DNA of 64,000 bases from Glaucostegus cemiculus (taxonomy: Eukaryota), in the NCBI GenBank assembly GCA_976551045.1, contig CDPCPM010000021.1:1116001-1180000 (forward strand), given 5' to 3'. Position 1 is the stretch's first letter. Each line of letters opens with the position of its first letter. A program made the position numbers and the translations under genes. The notes under the pieces were generated by a model, which was not told the DNA's origin, did not search any database, and saw nothing but the letters and a program-made list of their open reading frames with translations. This document shows, one piece after another, positions 13,548 through 27,720 of this stretch.

Positions 13548-15030
13548 TATAAGAACATAAGAAATCGGAGCAGGAGCAGGCTATCTGACCTATCAAGCCT
13601 GCTCCGCCATTCAATAAGATGATGGCTGATCTGGCCATGGACTCAGATCCACCAACCTGCTTTCTCCCCATAAACCTAAATTCCCCTACTATGGAAAAAT
13701 CTATCGAACCGTGTCTTAAATATACTTACTGAGGTGGCCTCTACTGCTTCCCTGGGTAGAGAATTCCACAGATTCACTACTCTCTTGGAAAAGCAGTTTC
13801 TCCTCATTTCCATCCTAAATCTATTCCCCCGAATCTTGAGGCTATGTACCCTCGTTATAGTCTCACCTACCAGTGGAAACAACCTTCCTGCCTGTATCTG
13901 ATCTATCCCTTTCATAATTTTATGCATTTCCATACGATCCCTTCTCATTCTTCTAGATTCCAGCAAGTACAGTCCCAGCCGACTCAGTCTCTCCTCAGAA
14001 ATTAAGCCCCTTATCTCTGAAGTCAAACTGGGGAACCTCCTCTGCACTGCCTCCAAAGCCAGTAATTCTTTCCTCAGGTAAAGAGACCAGAACTGAACAC
14101 ATTACACCATGTGCGGCTTCATCAGTACCCTGTACAGTTGCAGCATAACCTCCCTGCTCTTAAATGCAATCCCTCTAGCTATGAAGGCCAACATTCCATT
14201 TGCTTTCTTGATAACCTGTTGCACCTGCAAACCAACCTTTTGCAATTCATGCACAAGCACTCCCAAGTCCCTCTGTGCAACAGCATGCTGCAATCTTTCA
14301 CCATTTAAACAATAATCTGATCTTCTATTTTTCCGTCCAAAGTGGATGACCTCGCATTTACCAGTGTTGTACTCTATCTGCCAGACCCTTGCCCACTCAC
14401 TTAGCATCTATATCTCGCTGCAGATTCTCCGCATCCTCTGCGCAATTTGCTTTTCCACTCAATTCAGTATCTTCCACAAACTTAGATACGCTACACTCGG
14501 TCCCCTCTTCCAAATTGTTAATATATATTGTGAACAGTTGCGGGCCCAGCATTAACCCCTGTGGCACCCCACTCACCACTGATTGCCAACCAGAGAAATA
14601 CCCATTTATCTCAACTTTCTGCCTTTTATTGGTTAACTAATCCTTCGTCCACGCTAACACATTACCCCCCAACTCCATGCATCCTTATCTCATAGCCAAG
14701 TCTTCTATGTAGCACCTTATCGTACGCCTTCTGGAAATCCAAGTATACAACATCCATCTGTTCCGCTCTATCCACTGTATTCATTATATACTCAACAAAC
14801 TCCAGTAAGTTTGTCAAACAGGACCTGCTCTTCCTGAATCTATGCTGTATCTGCCCGATGAAATCACTCCTATCCCGATGTCTCACTATTTCTTCCTTAA
14901 TGATAGCTTCAAGCATTTTCCTTAACTACAAACATTAAGCTAACTGGCCTATAGTTGCCTGCTTTTTGCCTACGTCCTTTTTAAAACAGTGGCGTGACAT
15001 TCTTTCAATCCACTGGGACCTGCCCAGAGT
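13548..15030 (-). mobile_element. CR1 LINE, best-preserved copy in the window (RT to 3' tail), frameshifted
   Basis: Minus ORFs QHRFRKSRSCLTNLLEF..MDVVYLDFQKAYDKVLHRRL, VSGVPQGLMLGPQLFTIYINNLEEG..SKFVEDT, EWARVWQIEYNTGKCEVIHFG and EAVQRRF..VVNLWNSLPREAVEA; tail ataagaacataagaaatc. Confidence 0.97.
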
Positions 15031-17349
15031 ATTTTGGTATGCCTGGAGATAGTTGCTCAGGAAATAAGTAGTGGCCTGAGGCAGATCAATACACTGTCAA
15101 GTTGCTGTAGTAATTGACTCCAAAATATATATAAAGGTGCTTGTAAACTTTACTCCCACAGACCACATCAAATATTCAGAGGTGCAAAATGACACTATTC
15201 TGCACAGCCTCAGCAATCACAAGCTCAAGTTGTTTATACCACTCAGTGAAATATACTTGACATTCACATTCTACTGATTGAAGAAAATCCACCAAAAACA
15301 CCCAGATAGGTTCCCTGTTTCCATCCTTGGAAGAAAGTGGGAATAATCTTAGAATTTGAGCTTGGCCATTTAGACAGACATTGGACAGCACTTTTTGCAT
15401 ATAAGAAGTGCGGTAGAAATCTGGTATGCACTCGCACAAAAAAATATGGACAACTGGGATTCTCAAGGTTTTTTTTTAAAATGGACTATAACTATCAAAA
15501 ATCTATTGCTTTCAGTCGAGTTCTCGAATGGTATATTTTCCTCTGTTTGTTATTTATTAGAGAGACAGTAAAGATAACCCCTAAGGCAGAGTGACACCCA
15601 CGTAGACTCTGGTCTACGGAAATCCAGTGAAAATGACAGTGGACATCAGTTCTACTGAGTACAGAATGCCACAGATGCTTCCTTTGCATCTTCTCCATGT
15701 TAATTGGACTTGCTATATTCCCCAAAGGAAAACCATTCAGCACATTTTCCACATAATGTAGAACAATAGATTATTGACATTTAAATAGTGTTGGAAATCG
15801 TGTGTGAGATAAAGAGCAAGAACTCGAACTGTGAGGTTCACAGAAGAGCATTGTTGGGTTTCCCTGTGTAATGCCCAGCTTCAACCAACTGTTGGTTTCA
15901 GTGCAATGTCCCCCATTGAGGCATTGCAAGTTCTCACATTGTTGGCATGTCACTTAGGAGGTGTAATCTTTGTAGGCTTCGCCAAAAGGAATGCACCATA
16001 ATGAAAGCAATACTCTTCTGCTGACTAGAGAGCATCACTAATGAATGAATGGATGCCACAGCATTGGCAGTGGGAGTGTTGGATGTGATCGGGGTACCTG
16101 GGCAGACTGGTAAAGAATCATGCCACTAGAGGCACATGCAGAAGGACCACAGAGGCCAGGGTTACAACCAGGCTTACCCAACAGGAAGGTCTCTGTACAG
16201 ACTCAAGTGCAGTTTCTGAATGCCTGCAGTTCGGGAAAGCCTGTCATGCAGACAAATCCCTTTGCTCACTCTGCCAGTTTCTGTGAGCTAAAGTCTATTC
16301 TTCTGCGTGAAGTTTGGATGACCTCCCTTAACGCAGCAATGAACAACAAACTATCAGATGATGTAAAAAAAAATCAACAGCAATAACCAGAAATGAACTG
16401 CATGCTAGCAAGTTCAGAATGACTGCACCCTAAACTCCTTTGGTAAAGCAGTTTGAGGCACATGTGAGGTTTTAATTTACTGTATGTTGTAAGAAACAAT
16501 AGAGATCTCAATTAAGTCAAAGAATGCATCTGGACTATTAGCTCTTTAAGAAGTGTGGTTTTAGGCAAAACAGGGTTAACAGGGTCTAGTTGCTCAATGA
16601 GGAAATAAGAAACGCTGTCTTCTTGGAATCAATGAAGTTGAAAATCTCCACGTGAGCTAATTTTGTACAGCTATTGACATCATTTGGGGGGAGTTTTATT
16701 CTAGAAGAATTTTGGAGAACAAGCATTCGGCCAAAAAACATGAGATGAATTTCCTAATCAGGACAAAGCCACCCAGAAAAGTGTGCAAAAATTAGTCTAG
16801 GTTAAGCTGATTTCCACAACACAACTCTACATTGTGTAAATAAACTCTAAGCCCAATTTTAAAATAAGAAAAAATTAAAAATAGGAAGTTCTTTCCTGAC
16901 TCAGGCAGAATAATGATAAAATGCAAATAAAGATTATAAAGCAAGGACTTCTTCTGGTAAAGATTTGGCCAAGTGTTTGGATGTGCTAAGGGATTAAAAA
17001 ATCTTGTATTCTTTATTAAAATAATAAAAACCTTTGGCTTACAATTTAAATGAATTTTATGCTGATGCTTTTTCTAAAAAAAAATTTCTTTCTTTTTCTT
17101 TAATCTTACAAACTATTATCAAGTTTAAATCTTTGTAGCTACAAGCAATTTGGGGATATTATGGAATAGTTTAATATTTTTAAATAAAAGCAGCAGTAGG
17201 TCAAATGTCTATTGTATCTATGCCTCTGTTCAATAGCTGATCCACAACCCCACCTCCACTTCCACACTCAGTCCACATATTCTTTGGCTCCCTTTTAAAA
17301 CCAATGAATCCATTTCTTGAATATGCTAATAACAACATAGAGAACAATT

Positions 17350-17812
17350 GAGACAGTGCAAAAGAGGTTCACCAGCATGTGGTTTGGAATAGAGAGCTAT
17401 GGTTATAAGGAGAGATTGGATATGCTGGGTTTATTCTCACTGGCACTTAAAAGGCCAAGTGGTGACCTTATGGAGGTCTACAAAATTATGATGAGCATAA
17501 ATAAGATCGATAGAATCTTTTTTCTGCAGGGCAGTGAAATCTAAAACTAGAGGACGTGTTTAATGTGAGACGGGAGAAGTTAAAAGGAGCTCTGAGGGGC
17601 ATGTTTTTTTTAAACACACAGGTGGTGAATATTTGGAATGAGCTGCCAGGAGGAGATAGGGGAGGCATTTGGGCAGGTACTTGGATAGGAAAGGAGTAGA
17701 AGAATACAGGGCTATTACAGGCATATGGGATTAGCAGATAGGCATCCCGTCGGCTTGGATAAGGTGGCCCATAAGGGTTCAGTCCTGTGCCGTATGTTTC
17801 TAGGATTCCATG
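17350..17812 (+). mobile_element. CR1 LINE 3' fragment
   Basis: ORF 17356-17544 QKRFTSMWFGIESYGYKERLDMLGLFSLALKRPSGDLMEVYKIM; tail ..gtcctgtgccgtatgtttctaggattccatg. Confidence 0.9.
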
Positions 17813-18451
17813 AACAGCAACAGAATTCTGAAGTGAAGACTTTGAAAAATTGCTCCTATCTCATTACTAGATGCCCAGTCTTGTCACCCAAGACCCCACT
17901 TAGCTATAGGTTCAGCCTCTTAGCATATTAGAACTGAAATAGCAATTCTGTTTTTTCTCTACACAAGTTTCCTGTTGGATATTTCCAGCATGTTCCACCT
18001 CCATCCATGTTAATATATTATCCTAAACCTCATGAATGCCTAATCTGCGAAATAATTTCTCGAGAAGCACCTTACGAATTGCCCTTTGATAATTCAAATA
18101 CACTGAATCTCTTGGGTTCTCCTTTACCTAAACTGCTGGTTAAAAATCTGGCAAGTTGTATTTGTTTCCTCTGAAGCTACGTTGATACTGAAAAAAAATC
18201 ATAGTGATTTCCAAAGTGCCGAGTTATCATATTCTTAATGATAGATCCCATCATTTTTCCAGCAACTTATGTTAGGCTATTAATATACACTCTCAATTAA
18301 TCAGGTATATTGAATTTACCACTCAATAGTTAGTAATGAGGCAATTTCCTAAGATGATATATTGTACTAGACTATTACTGAATGCATAGAATCGCAATAA
18401 AATTTACTCTTCCTGTCATCCTTTAAAAAATTCTTAAGATATGATTGATGT

Positions 18452-19445
18452 GACCCTTAGCCGTTCTTAATGGCCAGGTTGCCAAGAGAAAGTAGTTGTT
18501 TCTGAGCTTTCTCTTTGAACTGCTAGAACCCTTGTGCTAATGCTGCTTCCAGAAAACTGCATAGTAGGGATTTTAAGAGTTTGGACCTACCGATAAAGGA
18601 TTAGCAAATATTTGGTGGGGTTACCATGACGTGTTAATTTAGAGGTAAACTTGGGGATGTTGGTGTTCTTCCATCACACCAGTTCTTTCCTTTGTGAATG
18701 GTCAAGTATCAAGGGAGGGAGAAGTTCCTTGGTGAGTTGCTGCAATTCTCACTGTATATTGTTCATAATGCAGTAAGAAAGGGGGTAGAAACTGGACACA
18801 CTAGCACTGATTAAATGACTTGTTATACACAGACAAACACAGGAACAGGCCCTTTGATCCACTTGCACAAGATGGTGGTGAGCTTCTTGACTGCATTTGT
18901 GATCTCATTCTTTGAGGTATGTGGCTAGCATTCCCTGGCAATCCTGAATCAAATCTTGTAGATTGTGGATTGGTTTAAAGGAATTCAGAAGCTGAGCCAC
19001 TTACTGCAGAGTACACAGTCTCTTTCCAGTTCTTGCAGCTGCAGAATGAACATGGCTGGTTCACTTAGGGTTGTTGATCCTGCAGGATGCAAGCATGATG
19101 GTACCATTGAGGGAAGATGGCCAGGCTTTTTCTTGTTTTAGCCCAAATTTAGATGTCATACACAACACTACGGTTGACTGACATAACAGAGGAACTGTGA
19201 ATAGAATGCAACTCCATGTTGTTAAAAAGCCCTTCTCCCGACCTCATGATAGAGGACTTGTTATTGATGAAACTGCTGAAGGTGGTTGGGTTGAATTTCC
19301 TGCCCTGAGGAACTCTTGCACTGATGCTTTGTGGTTGCAGTAATGAGCCTCCTGCAACCACAGCCACCTTCCTTTATGTCCACCAAGAAAGGGCTTTCAC
19401 CTTAACCCAATTAATCTCAGTTTTGCTGAGGATGCTTGGTGCCAC
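18452..19445 (-). mobile_element. Second CR1/L2-superfamily LINE family, degraded
   Basis: Minus ORF 19149-19367 VVAGGS..QPQSISARVPQG..PTTFSSFINNKSSIMRS (GVPQG RT motif); the left part resembles the reverse complement of 34525-34885. Confidence 0.75.
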
Positions 19446-21899
19446 AGGAATTTGAAGGGAAACAATGCACACATTTAACAAAAGCTGATGTAATACACAG
19501 AAGAATGCTGAGTCGATGTTATCATGAATCAGGAGTGTTAAGATAACTTAAAAAGATTTGTGAGACTGCCACTTCTCTTACAATTAGTGCTTGAGATTCA
19601 GGTCTTTAAGACAGGGTTTGGTACGGTGAGCTTTCCACCCAATTCAACCCCTTCCAGTGAGTTTGCCTATATGCAACTGAATGAGCCCAATCAAAAGTGC
19701 AAATTCAGTATTTTAATAATGTTCTCTTACTCACGCTGCATGGCTAATAACAGAGGAAAATTCCTGGTGACTCTAGCTAATGACGATTACTCCTCTGATG
19801 CAGTTAATATTTCCATGAGCAAAGACAAAGAGGTTGAATAGGAATAGCAGGATGATTGGATGGGATGGGAGGGGAGGGGAGTGGAGAGGACAGAGGTTGA
19901 GGAAAGGTCTGGCCATGGGCTTGCTCTTACTGAACCTTCAATTACAATATTCCTTGTTGGGAGACTGCTCTAATTTTAAAATTAATTATTGAGCTGGTGT
20001 ACACGTCATATATAGTGGCTGAAGAAAGGCTTCAAATTTTGATACATCAAGAGCCGACTGCAGTATTATCAGCCCTGAAGCCTCAGTAGATCACTCTTGC
20101 ATTACCAAACCAAATTTGTAACACACTTCAGTGTCAATCTGTTTATACAGGGGTGGAGGTTAAAATTCACACTGTATGCTGTGTGAACATCACCGTTTAA
20201 CTACATTATGAGCACAAAAAATTGTTGGCCCGTGATGCACAATGTAAATCTTTCCTCTTGGTTTTACAACTTGGATTACAGATTGATTTCACATATCTGC
20301 ATGTGCCTAAAGATATTATCATGTGAGGACACAAATTCCCTGGGATTAGCATGCCACAGAAAGCACCAATTAATTCAAGGTCAACATTTTGAACAATAAC
20401 AAAGTAAACAAGTCAGTGCCCTGATGTCTCAAGTGGTTGAGCCTCCTTCACTTCCAATGAGAAGAGCACAGTTTTGTGGTGAGGGTTGTTTGACATTTAC
20501 ATCTAGCTAATACAGCTTAATGTACGAAGTGAGCTCTCAGCTGAAGTACAAATGGAAGTTGGTTCTGAAGAAAGGAAAGAAAGTTGATTGCATCATCATC
20601 AACACTGGCCTCTTTGCCATGGTCGGATCCACTATATTAGTGACCACAGTACACAAATTCTCGATGGACTGTAAAGTCTTAAGGTTGTGAAAAGTGTAAT
20701 ACTGTTAAATCTTACTTTCTTTTTCTACACCAATCATGTCACAGCAGCCTGTTCTTTCCGTCAGAGATTGAATTCTTGCCATCAGCTGACAAAAGCAGCA
20801 AGGAAAAGGAAACATAAAACTGAATAGTCTAGATGTTGCATTAAAACACAAATATTTGAGATATTGGATTCAAGTTTAAAACAAATAATCCTTGATTTCA
20901 ATGTACATAAAACAAGGAACCTAGTCCACAAAGCCTCCTTCACATTGTTCTATTTCATAAATAATGAATAAATAATTATAATCTATCATTCCAATTATTA
21001 ACTAACAGCCCTAATAATATTCTAACCTGAGCAGCTGTTCAAAGTGCTTCAGGAATAAAAAAAATAACATGCCCTTGATTTAATTTTTCTCAAAAAGCAC
21101 TGATGATCAGAAAGTCATGAAAACATTGCGATGACTTATTGAGCTTTAAACACAGCCAGTCTTTTCATGCAAAGTCAACTCCCTCAGATCAGCACCAGTT
21201 TCATATCCAGCAACTTCAACTAAACATATGAAGCTCGAACAATCTCAATCTCATCATGTAATTAAATCCATCAGAACATCAGCGGCTGGAGATCTAAAGT
21301 CTAAAACATTGATGAACATGCATTCTTATTGCAGCATTTCACACACTGTGGGCCACGTTATGAAATTGAGCTTAGAGGTGCAGGATTCCGAAAACAAAGC
21401 TCAGAACCATTCATTCCCTATGCATCATCTTCCTATTTTAGTTGTCTTAACAGGTGAAGTCACATGCATAGGTTTAACCAAATGCCAACTATAATCCCCA
21501 GAGGTTAAGTATTGGGAATTAATATTCCTTTGTGTGTATGACTTGGTGTTCTCACTACTTACACCAATGATGAATATCTGAACAATCATATTTGAGACAT
21601 TAAAAATTATGAAGATTGATAATAAATTGCATCATTATATATACAGGAGAGTGCAAATTGGAGAAATACATTATGACATATTCAGCTGTTCCCACATTAC
21701 AAGAGCCTTGTTATAATATTAATATCACTTTTCATACACCTTAACCCTATTTTCTGAATTAAACAATGGAAAAAAAAGATCTGAGATTGGGCAAGTCATC
21801 TTTCAAAATTTTAATCTCCTGGTTTGTTGCCAAATAAATTGACTTTCTCAAGTTTATTTGACAGGTTTGTAATCCACCATTTTTTCTCATGGCTGAAGT

Positions 21900-23320
21900 T
21901 ACATCATCAAGGCCAATAGTAGCCCAAACACCAAAATGTCCAAGAATAAAGACTAGATGAACACATCAGGACATTAATACTCATTGGAAGAAACACTTTG
22001 AAGACCTTCTCAACCACATCTAGAGGCAGAGTTGATTTGTTCACCATATGCCAGCTCCAAGAGAAACGGAGGGAGCAGGACCAGCCACTATATCTGGTCT
22101 TTGTTATCCTTACTAGAGCCTTTGACTTCATTAATATCCTCCTCGAAATTGATCTCCATTTTACATTTGCTTCATGATGACATGCAAGCCACATAGTAAC
22201 TAACAGGTCTGAAATAGAGCCAATCTCAGCAAAGACTTGTGTTAATCAAGGCTGCACCACAGCCCCAGCAATTTTCTCAGTCTTACTTGCTGCAATATTT
22301 TGCCTCACCTCCAACAAATTTTACATGGGGGAGGAACTAATCTTCAGAATTACAGGGAAATTATTCAACCTGGAGCAAACACACTTCAAAAAACAAAGTC
22401 ACCTCAACCTCAATAGTTGAGCTGCAGTGTCCAGATGATGCTTGCACTTATGCACATTTGGACTCCAAAACTCCAGTCATGGTTTTGATGTGCATACAAG
22501 ACAAAAGGCCTTACAGTCAGAAACTGTCGACAAAGCCCATCCACCAACCTGATCGCACTGTGCCACACTGTCAGCTGACAATACAAGTTCATGGAGAGGC
22601 CCTGGTAAAGTGAACCACTTACCATACTAAGAGCCATTTCTTAGTAAAGGCAAGCATCCGTGATGAGATTTACCATTGCTGTCAATGTGCCAGCATAGCC
22701 TTTAGCCGATTGAAGAAAAAGGCACTTGAAGACTTGGTACAAAATTCATGGCCTACCAGCAGTGCTCCCTGCCCTCTGATATGCTTCACAGTGCTGAACT
22801 ACCCGCCACAGACACCTCCAGGCACTGGAATGATACCAACAACATCACCTCAGCAAAATCCACCACATTCACTAGAGGAATAAGTAACCCCACATCCTCA
22901 GTATCAAGGCCCTATTTGTACTTTTGCTACTTTGGGAAGGCCAATTTATTCACATGCCCAACACCAGACTCCAAAACAAACACTATTCTCCCTCTATTCC
23001 TGGACACCTCTTCCTATGGAAAAGATTCAAGGATGGGTTCAAAGCTTCCTTAAGGAAATGCAACATCCCCACTGACTCCTGGGAAATCTCTGGGCCATGA
23101 CTATTTGGGATGGTATCCAGAACTTGAGTCCATGCATCACAAGTGCATGGAACCTCTGGATAAGCAGTGGAAATGGGTGCACCAGGTCAACATTTACCCA
23201 CCTGCCCACATCTGTGTAACTGTATATGGTTCACACATTAGCCTCATGAGCCAACTCAAAACCCACAAAACTGGAGTGGAAGGACATCATCCTTTACCTT
23301 GAGAGATCACCAAGAAAGGA
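21900..23320 (+). mobile_element. RTE-clade LINE, heavily deleted
   Basis: Manual translation gives HFEDLLN, QLQEKRREQDQPLYLVFVILTRAFD, VNQGCTTAPAIFS, GKLFNL, VELQCPDDA (YADD-equivalent) and the C-terminal VYGSHISLMSQLKTH. Confidence 0.85.
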
Positions 23321-26300
23321 GGGGGAGTGTATGATTTGCAGGGCTCCCACCCCACTGATCACTTATAATGTGGGTCACTCCTTCCACATTGCTTGTCGAG
23401 AAGTTGCTTTCCTACTTTATATAACATCATTAAAATAGGGCTGTGTAGCACCATAATGCTATTTGCAAAACTCCAGTGAAGCTCACAATCTTCAACTGCA
23501 AAGTTCCCAGAACAAGGTTTTCCTATGTGATGCTGCACTGTATCAGTTTCAGTACAGTACAGTACTCCATTGATCTATTGCAAGATCTCATCTTGAAACA
23601 GCAACCTCAGTAGCTAGCTCTTAAAGGGGCAGACTACAATACAAGTAGTCTGCCTTCTGAAAGAAAGGATGCTGCAATGATGGGAGAAGCAAGAGAGAAG
23701 GCTCCCAAGGACATTGTGGGACACAAGACAGGCCAATGGAATTGCATCTGCAGGAGGTGTGTTCTTTCTGCTAATGGTTCACAGAGACTCTCAAGTTGCC
23801 AGGGAGGTATAGATTAACAGTACAGGACTGCAGCAAATGAATGCCACCTTTTGGAGAACTCTGCAACTCTAGCAAATCTCAGCGTTTGCACTGCCTACTC
23901 CTGTGGGCTGAAGGAGAAGTCGGCAAAACCTTTGGTCCCAGCACCCAGTTAACCTCCCAACTTAGCAGTAAGCAGAAGACTGAGAGATGTGCAGAGATCA
24001 GTGGCGGCAGCCTGGAACAATTCTGAGGCCAGCAAGCCGGGAGTGCTTGTGACCCCGACCTCCACAGGCCATGCAATCTTGGCACTGGAGTCTGTTTTGG
24101 AGGTTACAGGAGGCTATATCTCAGTGGGGACCAAGAATCCCATTTGAACATTGGCCCCTTACTTAGCACTGTTTCAGAGGGTACAGGGTTAGTAAAAATT
24201 GTCTGATCTGTGAATAATTAAGAAGCTTAAGAACCAATGAATTATAAGCAGGAGATGAATTTTTGGCTTTGCATTAGTGTTGTCATCTTTTGGGGGCAAT
24301 TCCGTGCTGGATAAAAATCTCCAGTGCTGAAGATAATCCTGATGGAAATTCAGGGGTGAACTTTCCAATCAGGCACCAAGAAGCCTGGTATTGGGAGCAA
24401 TACTGCTCTACTCTAGGTTATGGCAATTTTCAACTGCACAGCATGATTTTTTTTCAGAGATTCATGAAGAAATTTCTGGGCCACTGTGTTTAAGAACATT
24501 CTTCAATTATGACTCCATTTTTTTGTACCTCACCCTTGCTTGGCAAAGCATGCCAACAATCCACCTCACTGGCTGCAATAACAGGCACTATATCTTGCCT
24601 TTCAGCATGTGGACCAGCCATTCCCCAGCCACTGAACGTGTTGCAAAGATTGCATGCTTGCCCATCACCGACAAGACTCCAACTCTGACTCCTCTTCACC
24701 AATGAACAGCCTGGATCAGCAGTCTGCCCAAAAGAATTTGAAACCTGTCCTGTGATCCCTCAGCCTTATTCACTTATCTGCTAATTCCTGCACTTTGGGG
24801 ATTCAGAGACGCTTTAGGCTGTAGGTTTCAGCTGCAATAACAACAACAACAATGCTTGGTAATAGGGCAATGCCAAGGAACGTCTTGTTTGTGGGTCCAC
24901 TGCAGCAAATTTCAGTAGCAGCCAAAGACTGAGGTTTCAGTACTACTTATGGTCCTTATAGTTCTACCTTACACATTGCATGACTGGAAAATCATGGGTC
25001 ACAGTGGATAGCAGGCCTAAGGTCATGACCTGGGGGGTGGTAGGGGGAGGGATGATGTTAAAAGTCTAAATGGGGCCTGGGGATTGAGAAGAGTCCCACA
25101 TCAGGGCCTGGTTGGGGACTGGGGGTGGGGGTGGGGAAGAAGCAACTTGTGTGGGTGGGCAGTATCAGCCAAAGGTAACCATTTTGGGGCAGAATTAAGT
25201 ATTGGGGACCTACCAGAGTCAGGTTCCACCTGAGTCAGGTGAGCCTGCTTTAAATCAGAAGCTCCAAAGCAGCATTTCAGAGAAATGGCTTGATTCCTTG
25301 CACAGTCAAGGCAGAAGTCACATCATCCATACAAATGAGCTTCACAACTGCATGGTTAAATCTCCAGGGTGCCATGATCTGACCCTGAAATGCTTACAAT
25401 CACATTCCACCCCTGAAATAACTGCTTTTCATTCAGGTGACAGAATTGCTCGGTTCTTGTCCCTTTAAGGACTCCTATTTATGACCTTTGAGCAACACTT
25501 AACAAGTGGGACTTGAAAGGATTTTAAACACTGGGAATTTAGTAAATATTTTCATGCCTGAAGCTATGATTTCACCCCTTCCATTAAAGATGATGAAATC
25601 TACAGTTGATCATAATAAATCCAGTTAGGTGCTGGCAACTTACAGGCAAGAGATAATGAAGTAGACATTTAAAATCGATCACAATGCAAACACATGCAAA
25701 ATATCTACTCCTGGTTGTACTCACCTATGCACATCGAGTTCTATTGAAGTCAACAGATTTTAAGTACTTTCAAGAATATAAGGCTTAAATATTAAGTAAA
25801 TATTATACTTTAGGTATAATTATGGTTTAAATTTAAGCACATAAAAAGAATTGAAGCATGAAGAAAATGCATTATTATTGAACAAAAGTACTTGGGAATA
25901 GAATGAGGGGAGTTTACTTCCTACTTCCAATATGTTCAGGGTCTTGAATGAGTGTTGGTTTCTGCACTGCCTGTAAAAGCAGACAATTATTAAACAGGCA
26001 ATACAGGAGTCAACAAGAGGTCAAGGGGAAGTGACAGAAGATAGGTCCTGGATATGGAAATGTCTGGAGTTTCTGATAATTTTAAATAAGACTCTGGGCC
26101 AAATGAAGAGTGTTCACATCTGCATCCATTCAGTAAAAATGTGAAGCTGCAGAAGGGAACAAACCCTCATCTATCCATCAAGGGGAAATTCTGGGATAAA
26201 CTGGGATAGAAGCTTGCACCATTCTTTGCAAAGGTGATTTTTCCACATTCATTTCTCAACCCCTCAACTCCTACACTCAAGCCCCTTCCTCACTCATCAT

Positions 26301-26787
26301 CATCTTCAGTCTCTGGCACTTTTTTTTTAAGTTTACCTCCCACCACCCCTTCCCCAATCTAGCTTGAGTGTTTGAAACTAGGCTCGATAGGATTCTTCCC
26401 CAATCCACCTAAAAATTCCTCAACCACTGATATTTAAATATATATCCTGTTTATCTTTCACAGGGAACATTTTTTTTTCCATTGTGTAACAGTCAAGCAG
26501 GATGTGTTACAAAAATAACTGACTACCTTACTCATAATGTGGCTGCAATGGGACCTTGCTACAATTGACTGTTCTCTCGTTGAAAATCAGGCACTGCTAA
26601 CTTGCATGTAACTGATGTCTTGTATTCTAAACTGAGGTACTGAGGATTTTTTTTTACACGCACATTCTTCACCTTTGGCATTCTACGATTACAGATTGTG
26701 TTCAGCATGGCTTAGGTGCATGGCAAGGTTCTTTATGTAGAAAGAAGACAGACAAAAGGCTGTACTTATCAATTTTGATTTTGCAAC

Positions 26788-27110
26788 CTTGGCCCATCCT
26801 AAAGATCTTTATAGCTGGTGAAGAACTTTCTTTCTTTGAAGTGCAATGATCACTGTAATGTAGGAAAATTGACAACTAATTTGCACACAGTAGGCTGCCA
26901 TAAGTAGCAAGATTAAATAGTTTAGATATTTTTAATGATGTCTGCTGGATAAAGATCGACTTTTACACTGGGGGGAGCTTTCCTGTTCTTTGAATTGTAT
27001 TATGGAATCTTTCACCTGAAAGGGCAGATGGGACTTTAATATGTCTTTTGAAAGACAGTGCCTCAGATAGTATGACAGTCTGTCAGTATCATGTTGGAAG
27101 CTGGGGGTTA
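26788..27110 (-). mobile_element. Deu-domain SINE
   Basis: cactgtaatgtaggaaa..aactaatttgcacacagtagg..atggaatctttcacctgaaagggcagatggg..gaaagacagtgcctc is homologous to the reverse complement of the 10420 and 49170 copies. Confidence 0.75.
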
Positions 27111-27499
27111 CCTTCCACTGTTCTAGAATCATGGATGACTGCAAATGACTCCTCTAAGATCAGCCAATAGTGCTGTAGTGTTGACTGCTGTTTGATCATG
27201 AAATGGTAGTGTTAAAAACTGCCAGCTCAAAGTATATGTTAAGGCAAGACTGTTGAAGGAATCTGGCCAGTTCTCTGCCAGCACAGATGATTACAGAATA
27301 CTTATAAAATCTCTCCAGTCATTTAATAGGGTGAACATAATCCTGAACGCGAACCAATCAGGAAAACCAAGTTACTGCAGCTAAATCATTTGGAAATAAA
27401 TGTCAGATGAAACTTTCAGTGTTTTGTGTAAGGCTTGTAGCACTTGTGATCGGAAGGGGGAGGGACTCAGGATGTTTTGGAGATCGCCGATTCTCCTAT

Positions 27500-27720
27500 A
27501 GTAAAAACAAAACATGTTGGAAACCTCCAGCAGGTCTGGCAATATCTGTGGAGAGAGAAATAATGTCGACATTTCAGGTCAGAGACCTTTTATCAGAACC
27601 AGAAATCGATCATGTTTTAAGCCGTAGTGAGGAGGGTTGGGGAGAGAGGCAAGGGGAACATCTGAAATAGGTTAGTCTAAGAGAGACTGAATGATAATAA
27701 AAGCGGTGGCGATGTCAGGC
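27500..27720 (-). mobile_element. Penelope-like element 3' terminus with hammerhead remnant
   Basis: tgttggaaacctccagcaggtctggcaatatctgtggagagagaaa. The minus strand 27599-27565 reads gtt CTGATAA A AGGTC tct GACCT GAAA TGTC gac. Confidence 0.75.

Noticed and set aside
13548-15030. Potentially active CR1
   Set aside because: It is 5'-truncated with no endonuclease domain, split over several frames, and its catalytic FADD is mutated to FVED.
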